From assembly GCA_964472785.1 (NCBI GenBank), contig CAYYMH010000008.1:16612-80611 (forward strand): 64,000 bases of DNA. Direction: 5' to 3'. A program made the position numbers and the translations under genes. The notes under the pieces were generated by a model that was given only the letters and a program-made list of their open reading frames with translations, was not told where the DNA came from and searched no databases. Origin of the DNA: an uncultured Cytophagia bacterium (GTDB lineage: Bacteria > Zhuqueibacterota > Zhuqueibacteria > Thermofontimicrobiales > Thermofontimicrobiaceae). Shown here piece by piece: positions 8,845-18,831 of the stretch; position 1 is the stretch's first letter, and each line of letters begins with the position of its first letter.

Positions 8845-11016
8845 TTATTCCTGATCCAAAATCATCGACAGGGAAATGCGCCCGCTTTCCGGCTTTACGG
8901 AGATGACTTTGACGCGCACATTCTGTCCCACACTCACCACCTCGATCGGGTGTTTCACATAGCGCTTTGCCATTTTACTTCTGTGCACCAGTCCGTCATT
9001 TTTCACGCCGATATCGACAAACGCGCCAAAGTCCACCACATTTCTCACGGTGCCGGTTAAAATCATTCCTTCTTTCAAATCCTCTAATTTCAGCACATCC
9101 CGGCGGAAAATCGGTTTGGGCAGTTCGTCGCGCGGATCGAGATTCGGTTTTGCCAAACTTTCGATGATGTCTTCCATGGTCGGCACGCCGGTACCGCAGA
9201 TTTCAGCCATCTGCTCGACGGTGACTTTTTTCTCCTTCATCCGCGCTTCCAGCAATTCTCCGTTGCCCCTGACCGTAGCACTGTCCAACTCAAGTTCGGC
9301 TAACAATTTCTCAGCCGCCTCGTAAGATTCCGGATGCACCGCAGTCATGTCAAAAAAGCGGTCCGCGTTGGGGATTCTCAAAAATCCGGCGCTCTGGGTG
9401 AACGCCATATCGCCCATTCCCTTCACTTCCTTCAATTGCTGCCGGTTTTTAAATGAGCCTTTTTCATCTCTCTCTTTGACAATATTTTCAGCAACCCGGC
9501 TGTTGATTCCGGCAACGTATTTCAACAACGCCGATGAAGCGGTGTTCAAATTCACGCCCACATAATTCACGCAGGACTCCACTACCTGATCCAGCATTTT
9601 AATCAACTGTGCCTGATTTACATCATGCTGATACAGCCCAACGCCGATGGACTTGGGATCAATTTTCACCAGCTCGGATAACGGATCGAGCAGCCGGCGG
9701 GCAATGGAAATGGCGCCGCGCATGGACACGTCCAAATCAGGAAATTCCTGCTTTGCCAGTTTCGATGCCGAGTAAACTGACGCGCCGGCTTCATTGACAA
9801 TAATGTAGGACAAATCTCCGTCGTAATTTTCAATCATATCGATGGCTAAACTTTCGGTTTCCCGGGATGCGGTGCCGTTGCCGATTGCAATGACCTGGAC
9901 ATTGTGCTGCTTCACCAGTTCCAGCAATTTCTCTTTTGCTTCCCCCCACTGGTTCTGCGGCGGATGAGGATAAATCGTTGCGCCTGCTAAAAATTTGCCG
10001 GTTGAATCGATGACAGTGACTTTGCTGCCAGTACGAAATCCCGGATCAATTCCCATGATGGTCGCACCGTGGATTGGGGGTTGCAGCAACAGATTTCTCA
10101 AATTCCTGGCAAAAATGTCAATCGCATGTTCGTCCGCTTTTTCGGTCAACTCACTGCGCATCTCCCGTTCCAGTGACGGTGCAATCAATCGGGAAAAGCT
10201 GTCCCCGATGGCGGTTTTGAGTTCGGGAGCGAAAGGAGAATTTTCGTTTGTCAAATACATTTTTTCGATCTCACGAATGCACAAATCTACTGGCACATCA
10301 ATGCTCACCTTCAAAAAGTTCTCTTTTTCACCGCGATTGATTGCCAATATTTGATAGGGCTGGATCGATTTTAGGGATTGGGAAAAATCAGCGTAAACCT
10401 CATAATTCCCATATTCCTCTAACACTTTGGCTTCCGATTGCACCGCGCCTTTCTTCCGGAAAATGGATCGCATCTGTTTCCGGACATCCGCATTATCCGA
10501 AATCGCTTCCGCGCAAATATCCCTGGCGCCAGCCAATGCTTCATCAGGCGAGTTTACTCCCTTTTCTTCATCCACAAAAGACGCAATTAACGCGTCGTAA
10601 TCCTCGATATCTGTCTCCAGCTTCAGCATCAGATTTGCCAATGGCTCCAGACCTTTTTCTTTTGCTACTGTTGCCCGGGTGCGTTTTTTTGGTTTGTAAG
10701 GCAGGTATAGATCCTCCACCTCCTGCAATTTGGTGGCAGCCAATATTTTTTCTTTGAGCTCCGGCGTCAGCTTGCCTTGCTTCTCAATGGAATGAATCAC
10801 TGTTTCCTTGCGCGCATCCAGTACCCGCAGCGTGCGAATCCGGTCCTCGATGGAGCGAATCTGTTCTTCGTTCAAATTCCCGCTCATTTCCTTGCGATAC
10901 CGTGCGATAAACGGAACGGTGTTGTCAGTGTCCAATAACTCAACCGTTTTGTGAACCTGCCAGACTTTTAGTCCGAGTTCATTGGCAATCGTTTCAAAAT
11001 GTTTCTCATCACTCAT
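8845..11016 (-). CDS. tex: Transcription accessory protein Tex (YqgF/HhH/S1 domains)
   Basis: 723 aa. N-terminus ...VPFIARYRKE..., C-terminal S1 domain. Confidence 0.9.
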   Translation of the reverse strand: MSDEKHFETIANELGLKVWQVHKTVELLDTDNTVPFIARYRKEMSGNLNEEQIRSIEDRIRTLRVLDARKETVIHSIEKQGKLTPELKEKILAATKLQEVEDLYLPYKPKKRTRATVAKEKGLEPLANLMLKLETDIEDYDALIASFVDEEKGVNSPDEALAGARDICAEAISDNADVRKQMRSIFRKKGAVQSEAKVLEEYGNYEVYADFSQSLKSIQPYQILAINRGEKENFLKVSIDVPVDLCIREIEKMYLTNENSPFAPELKTAIGDSFSRLIAPSLEREMRSELTEKADEHAIDIFARNLRNLLLQPPIHGATIMGIDPGFRTGSKVTVIDSTGKFLAGATIYPHPPQNQWGEAKEKLLELVKQHNVQVIAIGNGTASRETESLAIDMIENYDGDLSYIIVNEAGASVYSASKLAKQEFPDLDVSMRGAISIARRLLDPLSELVKIDPKSIGVGLYQHDVNQAQLIKMLDQVVESCVNYVGVNLNTASSALLKYVAGINSRVAENIVKERDEKGSFKNRQQLKEVKGMGDMAFTQSAGFLRIPNADRFFDMTAVHPESYEAAEKLLAELELDSATVRGNGELLEARMKEKKVTVEQMAEICGTGVPTMEDIIESLAKPNLDPRDELPKPIFRRDVLKLEDLKEGMILTGTVRNVVDFGAFVDIGVKNDGLVHRSKMAKRYVKHPIEVVSVGQNVRVKVISVKPESGRISLSMILDQE

Positions 11017-11160
11017 AATTGTTTCCTATCACCTGTTTCGGTTTATAAATTTGATAAACGAAAAATTAAATCCCAAAATTCTCACAACCTGTTCAATATT
11101 CATCCTGAAATTTAACATTTTTTCAAAAATTTGCAAGCGATTTATTTTTACGATTTCTGC

Positions 11161-11189
11161 TTGACACAATAAAATTAAATGATTATATT
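11161..11189 (+). promoter_or_regulatory. Consensus sigma70 promoter TTGACA-N17-TATATT for sppA
   Basis: TTGACA at 11161-11166, a 17-nt spacer, TATATT at 11184-11189, about 60 nt before the sppA start. Confidence 0.45.
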
Positions 11190-11250
11190 TCAGAAATTGA
11201 TTTCACAGTCCATGCTCGTTTTGTGCGAACAATTATGAACGGAGGCAAAA

Positions 11251-13008
11251 ATGAAACCAATACATGTCATTCTCTATACATTGCTGACCCTGCTACTTGT
11301 CTTTATTTTATTTGTATTTCTGGTTTTCGTCATCATCAAAGGTGTGACGGCAACCAAACCTTCTGTTAGTTCAAATTCCACATTAATCATTAATATTAAC
11401 GGTGACATCCCGGAATATCAGCCTGAAGGCGGTTTGCCGATCAAGAGCAAAAAGTCAACGACCATCAAAACGATCGTTGATAATATTGATAAAGCCAAAG
11501 TTGATGATCGGGTTAAAGGTATTTTACTTCGAGTCAACATGAATTTTATGGGCTGGGCAAAAATTGATGAAATCAAAAATAAGCTCGATGATTTTAAACA
11601 ATCGGGTAAATATGTCATTGCGTACTTAGGCAGTTTTGTTTCAGAGAAGGAATACTTTCTTGCCCTGTCCGCTGACAGTATTTTTGCAGTGCCCGGCGGT
11701 TTTATGGAAATGAACGGACTCGTCATCGAGACAGTGCACTCACCGGGCATGTTTGAAAAAATTGGAATTGATATTGATTATTATGCATTTGGAAAATATA
11801 AATCCCGTTCCGGCGAGTCCATGGGAAGGAAGACGCACACCGAGCCAGTATTGGAAATGCTCAACGATTTGCTGGATTGGGAATACAACCACCTGGTGAC
11901 TGGCATTGCTGAAAAATTGAACATTTCTTCGGAAGAGGTGAAAGCAACGATTGATAAAGGATATTTCAACCCGGAAAAATTTGCAGAAATCGGATGGATT
12001 GACGGCTTGCTTTATGAGGATCAACTGGAGGAGCGACTCAAACAACTTAACGGCATCGATGCGGATCGGGCGTTGAAGGAGGTTACCAATAGTCAATATG
12101 CGGGAATAACTATGGAGTCTCTCGGATTGAATAAGGGAAAAAATAAAATCGCGCTCATTTACTCCCAGGGATTGATACAGGAGGGCGATGACTCGTTCAG
12201 TCCGCTAAGTATGGGCATGACAGCCGGAACCGATCCTATGATCACAGCGATCAAACGGGCGGCAAAACGCAAATCCGTTAAAGCAATTGTGTTTCGTGTC
12301 GATTCGCCGGGAGGCAGTGGACTCGGTTGTGATCTTGTCTGGAGAGAAATCTTAAAAGCTAAAAAAGAAAAGCCGGTAATCGTCTCTATGTCTGATTACG
12401 CCGCTTCCGGAGGTTACTGGGTGTCGATGGGCGCTACTGCGATTGTCGCCCAGCCTTCAACACTCACCGGTTCCATTGGTGTCTGGGGAATTTTTCCAAA
12501 TTTTAGTGGATTCTTCGACAAATTGGGATTAACCGAAACCGTTGTAAAACGCGGTGATCATGCGGACATGCTGCTGGCGATGAAAGAGATGACACCCTAC
12601 GAACGGAATTTATACCGGGAAAACGTGCGCAGCACCTATGTTGATTTTGTCACTAAAGCTGCTGAATCGCGAGGGATGACTTATGAAAAACTCGAACCCT
12701 ACGCTCAGGGACGTTCCTGGATGGGCGAACAAGCAAAAAAATGGGGGCTGGTGGACGACTTGGGTGGACTGGAGCGGGCAATCGAATTAGCCAGAGAAAA
12801 GGCAGAAATTGACAGCACTGAAGATGTTAAAGTTGTGGTTTATTCGGTTCAGAAACCGTGGTTCGAAAAAGTGCTTTCCGGTGGTGTTTTGTCTTGGCTG
12901 GTGAAGGATTTGGATTTACAAAAATTACAAAATAAATGGCAGGAAATAGTACACAACCGGCGACCTTTGATTTGGCCTTTATTGCCGCATCAATTACAGA
13001 TACAATGA
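11251..13008 (+). CDS. sppA: Signal peptide peptidase SppA, 67K type (protease IV)
   Basis: 585 aa. N-terminal TM, two ClpP-fold halves, SDYAASGGYWVSMGA. Confidence 0.85.
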   Translation: MKPIHVILYTLLTLLLVFILFVFLVFVIIKGVTATKPSVSSNSTLIININGDIPEYQPEGGLPIKSKKSTTIKTIVDNIDKAKVDDRVKGILLRVNMNFMGWAKIDEIKNKLDDFKQSGKYVIAYLGSFVSEKEYFLALSADSIFAVPGGFMEMNGLVIETVHSPGMFEKIGIDIDYYAFGKYKSRSGESMGRKTHTEPVLEMLNDLLDWEYNHLVTGIAEKLNISSEEVKATIDKGYFNPEKFAEIGWIDGLLYEDQLEERLKQLNGIDADRALKEVTNSQYAGITMESLGLNKGKNKIALIYSQGLIQEGDDSFSPLSMGMTAGTDPMITAIKRAAKRKSVKAIVFRVDSPGGSGLGCDLVWREILKAKKEKPVIVSMSDYAASGGYWVSMGATAIVAQPSTLTGSIGVWGIFPNFSGFFDKLGLTETVVKRGDHADMLLAMKEMTPYERNLYRENVRSTYVDFVTKAAESRGMTYEKLEPYAQGRSWMGEQAKKWGLVDDLGGLERAIELAREKAEIDSTEDVKVVVYSVQKPWFEKVLSGGVLSWLVKDLDLQKLQNKWQEIVHNRRPLIWPLLPHQLQIQ

Positions 13009-13058
13009 TTCAGCCTATTTCTGGTAGTATTATAAATTAAAATCAGCACAAAATTTAG

Positions 13059-13868
13059 GTGACTCAAACAAAAATGGATTTTACAGAACCTGTAAAAAAA
13101 TTGTTTGAAACTGGTGAGTCCAAAGACCGATTTCGATTCTTTAACTATGCAGAACTTGGGATTAATGAATCTCATATTCAGCAGTTGATTCATGTTGCAA
13201 CCAATGAGAAATATTTCTACGATGACGATTCAGATTCACCTCAAAAATATGCAGCTATCCACGCCTGGCATGCGCTGGGACAATTGCACGCTGAAGAAGC
13301 GATTGAGCCTTTGATTAGCTTATTTGAAAGACTTAACGATACCTGGATTGATGAAGAAATGCCAGAAGTCTTTGCTGAATTAGGCGAAAAAGCATTGCCG
13401 GCTCTGGAAAAGTATCTCGCCGATCCACCTAAAACACTACATGCGCGGATCAATGCTGCGGCCTGTATTGAACAAATTGGTCATAATGATTTAGACTTAC
13501 GGAAAAAAAGTATTGCTATACTTACAAAGCAGCTTAAAAATTATCGCCAAAACTGGGCAGAGCTGAATGGTTTTTTGATCTATTATTTAACGGACCTGTC
13601 TGCAACCGAATCTATTGATGTAATTCGTGAGGCATATCAACAAAATTGTGTGGACTTTTCAATTGCCGGGGATTTAGGCACCGTGGAATATGAACTGGGT
13701 TTGTCGGAAAAAGAACCAAGCGTTCAATTATTTGCCGAAGAGATGGGAAAAGAATCGGATAATGACTTCGGAATGGCAATTCCAGAAAGTTTTCAAATTA
13801 ATCCTGATGATCCCTGTCCCTGCGGCAGTGGAAAAGAATTTAAGAATTGTTGCTTAAATAAATCGTAA
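13059..13868 (+). CDS. DUF1186-like protein with C-terminal SEC-C metal-binding motif
   Basis: C-terminus DDPCPCGSGKEFKNCC is a SecA-C-like zinc-binding motif; the remainder is helical. Confidence 0.5.
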   Translation: MTQTKMDFTEPVKKLFETGESKDRFRFFNYAELGINESHIQQLIHVATNEKYFYDDDSDSPQKYAAIHAWHALGQLHAEEAIEPLISLFERLNDTWIDEEMPEVFAELGEKALPALEKYLADPPKTLHARINAAACIEQIGHNDLDLRKKSIAILTKQLKNYRQNWAELNGFLIYYLTDLSATESIDVIREAYQQNCVDFSIAGDLGTVEYELGLSEKEPSVQLFAEEMGKESDNDFGMAIPESFQINPDDPCPCGSGKEFKNCCLNKS

Positions 13869-13960
13869 TCGAATTATGGAACAGATTTTAGATTGGCTAA
13901 TAGAAAAACCTCCCTACGTGCAATATCGCACCCGGCTTGATTTGTTAAATCAAAAGCCGG

Positions 13961-14105
13961 GGGAAGTGGGGGCTGTATCAAAAGTCCCGATGCAAGATGT
14001 TTAGCCCAATTTGTAGTAGCGAGTTTATGCGCTTTACACAATATATGGTATTTGACGAATAAATTCGTCACTACAAATTAACTTTTGATACAGCCCCACA
14101 CTTTC
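13961..14105. repeat. Approximately 145-bp element bracketed by perfect 16-bp inverted repeats (GGGGCTGTATCAAAAG / CTTTTGATACAGCCCC), with inner palindromes; REP/MITE-like
   Basis: Read directly: 13969-13984 is the reverse complement of 14082-14097. The arms extend imperfectly to about 22 bp. Inner palindrome GACGAATAAATTCGTC at about 14055-14070. Confidence 0.45.
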
Positions 14106-14148
14106 TCAAACTTTCGATAATATTTAAATTAACCAATCGGATTTTGTT

Positions 14149-14775
14149 TTGAAGAACAAAAAATTTATCACCTTAGCCGGTAATATCGGCTGCGGAAAAA
14201 CCACAGCAGCCAAGCTCATCAGTCAACACTTTGTGTACGAGTTGTTCGATGAGCCGGTGATTGACAATCGTTTTCTCAAATACTATTATGCGGCAATGAA
14301 CCGATGGTCATTTACATTGCAAATGGAGTTTCTCATCCGGCGTGTAGAGCATCACGAGCTCATCGAGACCGTTCCCAAATCCTGTGTTCAGGATCGTTCG
14401 CTCTATGAGGACCCTGAAGTTTTTGCAAAATTTCTGCATGGTTTGGGAAACATGACGGACGATGAACTCAATTTATATTTTGAATATTTTGAGCGGCTGA
14501 ATCAGCGTCTCATCAAACCCGACCTGATTATTTACCTCAATGTTGATAATGTTGACGTGCTTTTAAAACGTATTCGAAAAAGAGGACGGAAAGAGGAACA
14601 AGGTATAACTAATGAGTTTTTGAAAGGACTGGGCGGATATTACATCAGTTTTCCGCAGGTCGTTCAGAATAAATATGGTGTGGATATTTTAACCTTTGAT
14701 GTGACAGAAACCGATATTCGAAAAAAGGAAGGTAGAGAGCAATTTCTGGATTTGGTAAATAGCAAATTAACGTAA
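14149..14775 (+). CDS. Deoxynucleoside kinase (dAK/dGK/dCK family)
   Basis: P-loop ITLAGNIGCGKTT, DRS motif, 208 aa. Confidence 0.8.
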   Translation: MKNKKFITLAGNIGCGKTTAAKLISQHFVYELFDEPVIDNRFLKYYYAAMNRWSFTLQMEFLIRRVEHHELIETVPKSCVQDRSLYEDPEVFAKFLHGLGNMTDDELNLYFEYFERLNQRLIKPDLIIYLNVDNVDVLLKRIRKRGRKEEQGITNEFLKGLGGYYISFPQVVQNKYGVDILTFDVTETDIRKKEGREQFLDLVNSKLT

Positions 14776-14793
14776 TTTCATTAAATAATTTAG

Positions 14794-14868
14794 CCCGCGA
14801 AACACACTAAAAAACACTAAAATTATTTTTCAATTTCCAATTTAGCGTCGTTTTGTGTGTTTCGCGGG
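14794..14868. repeat. Perfect 14-bp inverted repeat (CCCGCGAAACACAC ... GTGTGTTTCGCGGG) forming a stem-loop immediately 5' of the transposase gene
   Basis: 14794-14807 is the exact reverse complement of 14855-14868, with a 47-nt spacer. Confidence 0.5.
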
Positions 14869-14897
14869 TAAGAATTTTTTTCAATTTTTTAGACTTT

Positions 14898-15431
14898 ATG
14901 GCCAAACACCATCCCAAACATTATTATTTAAACGACACGGTCTATTTTATCACAGCGCATATTTATCAAAAAAAGACCCATCTTTCCGATCCCCGAAATA
15001 AAGAATTGCTGCTGAATATTTTCCGAAAAATTTTGGATGAATTCAATTTCCAACTATTGGCATGGGTTATTCTTGATAATCATTACCATATTCAATTCAA
15101 AACAAAATCGGGCGATGATCTTGTCAAAGCCATGCGTCGAATTCATATCAACTGTGCCTATTCACTGAATAAATTGGAGAAAAAAGAGGGCAGAAAACTG
15201 TTCCAAAATTTCTGGGACACCTGCATCCGGAATAAAGATGAGTTTTATCGATACTTTAATTACATTCATTATAATCCGGTTAAACACGGAATTGTCGAAG
15301 AAATGAGCGAATACCCATTTTCCAGTTTTCACTATTGGCAGGAGCAGAAGGGAAAGTCATGGTTAGCGTCGTGCTTTGACAAATTTCCGATTGAAGATTT
15401 TCATGTCAAATACGATGAATTTTCTGATTAG
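14898..15431 (+). mobile_element. IS200-like / REP-associated tyrosine transposase (RAYT-type HUH Y1 transposase)
   Basis: HUH motif (DNHYHIQFKT) and the Tyr region YFNYIHYNPVKHGIV. The ATG at 14898 is preferred over the TTG at 14853, which lies inside the hairpin. Confidence 0.7.
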
Positions 15432-15485
15432 TAGAAACACTATTTTCAGTTAGTGAATTTTAAACCGAATAATTGAGACCCAAAG

Positions 15486-17036
15486 ATGGAAAAACCAAAA
15501 CCACACCGCGCAACGTTCAGACACAGGTTAGGTCTTTTTTTAGCAATACCGCTGTTCCTTTTTTTTCTGTTATTTCCAATATCTGGTACAATCGAGCCAA
15601 TTGCTCAACGGACGTTAGCGGTCGCTTTTTTGATGGCATGGCTCTGGATCACCGAAGCGCTGCCGATTCCCGCCACGTCACTGATACCGATTGTCGCCTT
15701 TCCTTTATTGAAAATAATGAATACGAAAACAGTTGTTCAGTCCTACGGTGACAGTAATATCTTTCTGTTCATGGGCGGATTTTTTTTGGCGATGTCCATG
15801 CAAAAATGGGGTCTGCACCGCCGGGTCGCATTGCATATCATTAAATTTATCGGGATGGGACCGCGGAAAATTATTTTGGGATTTATGTTAGCCACCGCTT
15901 TTTTATCGATGTGGATTTCCAACACAGCGACCACCATGATGATGTATCCCATTGGACTGGCTGTTATTTTACAATTGACTTCGCTGAAAACTCAGGAAAA
16001 CGAATTGCTTTCAGAGAAGGTAAAAACCTCTTTTCAACTGGCATTGATGCTGGGCATTGCTTATGCTGCAAGTATCGGCGGAATCGGCACGAAAATCGGC
16101 ACGCCACCCAATATCGTTTTTGCTGCCGCTGTCAACTCGTTATTCCCGGATGCTCCGGAAATTGGATTTCTCCAATGGATGAAAGTTGGGCTTCCGCTGG
16201 TCGCGGTATTTATCCCTCTGACCTGGCTCTATTTGACGCGAATTGCTCAACCGATCAAAATAAATAAATTTTCCGGTGGCAGAGAGGTTATTGAAAATGA
16301 ACTGAAAAAACTCCCAAAAATGTCTCGCGGTGAACGCAGTGTGCTTATTATTTTTACGCTCACTGCTTTCGCCTGGATTTTCCGAAAGAATATCGAGCTG
16401 GGAACTTTCACCGTACCCGGCTGGTCTAATATGCTTGGTGTGGAAAATTTGGTCAATGACGCAACGGTGGCGATTTTGGCAGCCATTGTGCTCTTTGCTT
16501 TTCCGGTGAGTTTAAAAGAAAAGAGCTTTCTTTTGGACTGGGAATGGGCAATCAAAATACCCTGGGGAATACTGTTATTATTTGGCGGAGGTATCGCTTT
16601 GGCCTCAGGATTTAAAGTATCCGGTTTAGCAGCCTGGGTCGGACAAAATTTAAGCTTGTTTTCCCACGTACCGTTAATAGTCATGATTTTCATTACTTGT
16701 ATCATGCTCACTTTTTTAACAGAAGTAACGTCGAACACAGCCACATCAACGATTTTTATGCCAATTTTAGCCGCCACTGCGATTGCGATCGGGATTCATC
16801 CATTCGTGCTGATGATACCAGCAACCATCTCCGCGTCATGTGCATTTATGTTACCGGTTGCCACACCACCGAATGCGATTATTTTCGGATCGGGTTTCGT
16901 GTCGATTCCCCAAATGGCGAAGAATGGTGTCGGATTGAATTTTATTGGCGTGTTCATTGTCACGTTGATCACCTATTTAATCGCGATTCCTGCATTTGGT
17001 ATTGTTTTGAGGAGTCTCCCGAGCTGGATTCAATAG
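15486..17036 (+). CDS. DASS-family (SLC13-like) divalent anion:Na+ symporter
   Basis: 516 aa polytopic protein with the SNTATT signature (WISNTATTMMMYP), repeated in the second half (TEVTSNTATSTIFMP). Confidence 0.8.
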   Translation: MEKPKPHRATFRHRLGLFLAIPLFLFFLLFPISGTIEPIAQRTLAVAFLMAWLWITEALPIPATSLIPIVAFPLLKIMNTKTVVQSYGDSNIFLFMGGFFLAMSMQKWGLHRRVALHIIKFIGMGPRKIILGFMLATAFLSMWISNTATTMMMYPIGLAVILQLTSLKTQENELLSEKVKTSFQLALMLGIAYAASIGGIGTKIGTPPNIVFAAAVNSLFPDAPEIGFLQWMKVGLPLVAVFIPLTWLYLTRIAQPIKINKFSGGREVIENELKKLPKMSRGERSVLIIFTLTAFAWIFRKNIELGTFTVPGWSNMLGVENLVNDATVAILAAIVLFAFPVSLKEKSFLLDWEWAIKIPWGILLLFGGGIALASGFKVSGLAAWVGQNLSLFSHVPLIVMIFITCIMLTFLTEVTSNTATSTIFMPILAATAIAIGIHPFVLMIPATISASCAFMLPVATPPNAIIFGSGFVSIPQMAKNGVGLNFIGVFIVTLITYLIAIPAFGIVLRSLPSWIQ

Positions 17037-17157
17037 AGAAGTGAACTATAGAGTAAGAAAATATTTTAAATCATTTAAAAGCTAATAGCTGAATGCCGAC
17101 TGCTATGAGCTATTTCAAAAGGAGTTGATAAATTTTCACAATCTGGAGGTAGTTTGA

Positions 17158-18360
17158 ATGAACACAAAGGAATATATTGAAACAGAAGATCGGTACGGAG
17201 CCCACAACTATAAACCATTGGATGTCATCATTGAAAAAGGCGAAGGTGTGTGGCTCCATGATGTGGACGGTAAGAAATACATGGATTTTTTAGCTGCGTA
17301 TTCGGCAGTCAATCAGGGACATTGCCATCCGAGGCTTGTCAAAGTGATGGAAGAGCAGGGCAAAAAACTTGCCTTGACATCCCGCGCTTTTCGAAATAAC
17401 CAGTGGCCCCTGTTGGCAAAGGAGCTGTGTGAACTGACAGGATACGACATGGTGCTTCCCATGAACTCAGGCGCCGAAGCGGTGGAAACTGCCATCAAAG
17501 CGGTTCGGAAATGGGGATACACTGTCAAAGGCGTGGAAAAGGATAAAGCCGAGATTATCACGTGTGATGGCAATTTTCACGGTAGGACAATTACGATCAT
17601 TACCTTTTCACCGGAGGAACAGTACAAAGAAGGATTTGGGCCGCTAACGCCCGGTTTCAAAATGATCCCTTACGGTGACGCTGATGCTTTGGAGAAAAGT
17701 ATTACGCCGAACACGGTGGCATTTTTTGTTGAACCGATTCAGGGTGAAGGTGGCGTGGTTGTTCCGCCAGCCGGATTTTTGAAAAAGGCGAAAGAAGTTT
17801 GTGAAAAAAACAATGTGCTTTTTGTAGCAGATGAAATTCAGAGTGGTCTGGGACGAACCGGAAAAATGTTCGCCAGCGAGCATGAGAACGTAAAACCAGA
17901 CGTAGTGACCATTGGGAAAGCCCTGTCCGGTGGCATGTATCCGGTATCAGCGGTGTTGGCTTCAAAAGAGATTATGGGCGTGTTTCAACCGGGAGATCAC
18001 GGTTCCACTTACGGCGGTAATCCGCTGGGCAGCGCCATTGCACGAGAAGCGCTCAAAATAATCATCGATGAAAAGTTGTGCGAACGGGCGGAAAGCCTGG
18101 GTGAATATCTGATGGAGCGACTGCAAAAAATTGACAGTCCGCACGTCGATTTTTATCGGGGTAAGGGCTTGTGGATCGGTATTGTACTGAAAAAAGAAGC
18201 CGGTGGTGCGCGACGGTTTTGCGAAGCGTTAATGGAAAAAGGTGTGCTGGCAAAGGAGACGCATTGGAACATTATTCGTTTGGCTCCACCGCTGGTTATT
18301 ACCAAAGAAGAAATTGACTGGGCACTGGAACGTATTGAGGATGTTTTAAAGATGAAATAA
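17158..18360 (+). CDS. rocD: Ornithine aminotransferase (class III PLP aminotransferase)
   Basis: 400 aa. HNYKPLDVIIEKGEGVWLHDVDGKKYMDFL..., DEIQSGLGRTGK, TIGKALSGG. Confidence 0.85.
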   Translation: MNTKEYIETEDRYGAHNYKPLDVIIEKGEGVWLHDVDGKKYMDFLAAYSAVNQGHCHPRLVKVMEEQGKKLALTSRAFRNNQWPLLAKELCELTGYDMVLPMNSGAEAVETAIKAVRKWGYTVKGVEKDKAEIITCDGNFHGRTITIITFSPEEQYKEGFGPLTPGFKMIPYGDADALEKSITPNTVAFFVEPIQGEGGVVVPPAGFLKKAKEVCEKNNVLFVADEIQSGLGRTGKMFASEHENVKPDVVTIGKALSGGMYPVSAVLASKEIMGVFQPGDHGSTYGGNPLGSAIAREALKIIIDEKLCERAESLGEYLMERLQKIDSPHVDFYRGKGLWIGIVLKKEAGGARRFCEALMEKGVLAKETHWNIIRLAPPLVITKEEIDWALERIEDVLKMK

Positions 18361-18367
18361 TTGATTC

Positions 18368-18406
18368 GACAGACCCTTCTCCGTTGATTTGGATGAGGGG
18401 TCTGTC
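18368..18406 (+). terminator. Possible terminator hairpin after rocD
   Basis: 9-bp stem GACAGACCC/GGGTCTGTC followed by a T-rich tract. The 22-nt loop is large, so the call is weak. Confidence 0.25.
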
Positions 18407-18749
18407 TCTGATTTCTCCCTGCCGAAATGACATGCCAAAATTTTTTAACCTAATGCGATAAAAAATTATGAACCCTGATGTTTATCTAAAATACAAAATT
18501 AAGGCGATATATTTTTGGATATTGTTTATTTTTATTGTGCCATTGAATGGCAGCACCGACGAAATTCTGGAGGCTTTTTCAAGGGCATAAAATTAAATAA
18601 CCTGTCAAGGACAATCATATTCACCACTCTCAGGGCAAACATATTCCCCCCCTGCAACGGTGGTTTAGCGTTTTTGATTTTAATTTTATCTTATTAATTT
18701 GACATCACTGTAAAAAGTTCTTACTTTTTCAATAAATTAAAAAAAAAGC

Positions 18750-18778
18750 TTGACAAGCAAAATTTTTTTTGTTATATT
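18750..18778 (+). promoter_or_regulatory. Consensus sigma70 promoter TTGACA-N17-TATATT
   Basis: TTGACA 18750-18755, 17-nt spacer, TATATT 18773-18778, about 50 nt before the 18832 start. Identical hexamers to the sppA promoter. Confidence 0.45.
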
Positions 18779-18831
18779 TACTTTGAATAACAAAGTACAT
18801 TAATATGACAATAACTTTTTAGGAGAAAATT

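Noticed and set aside
13874-14071. 65-aa minus-strand ORF
   Set aside because: It lies entirely inside the inverted-repeat element and has no RBS. It is most likely non-coding.
14853-14897. TTG-initiated N-terminal extension of the transposase (MCVSRVRIFF...)
   Set aside because: It lies within the 14-bp inverted-repeat hairpin. The ATG at 14898 gives a normal Y1-transposase N-terminus.
15473-15751. 92-aa ORF overlapping the start of the DASS transporter, and the minus-strand ORFs 15743-15952 and 16247-16777
   Set aside because: Out-of-frame overlaps with a conserved 516-aa transporter gene.
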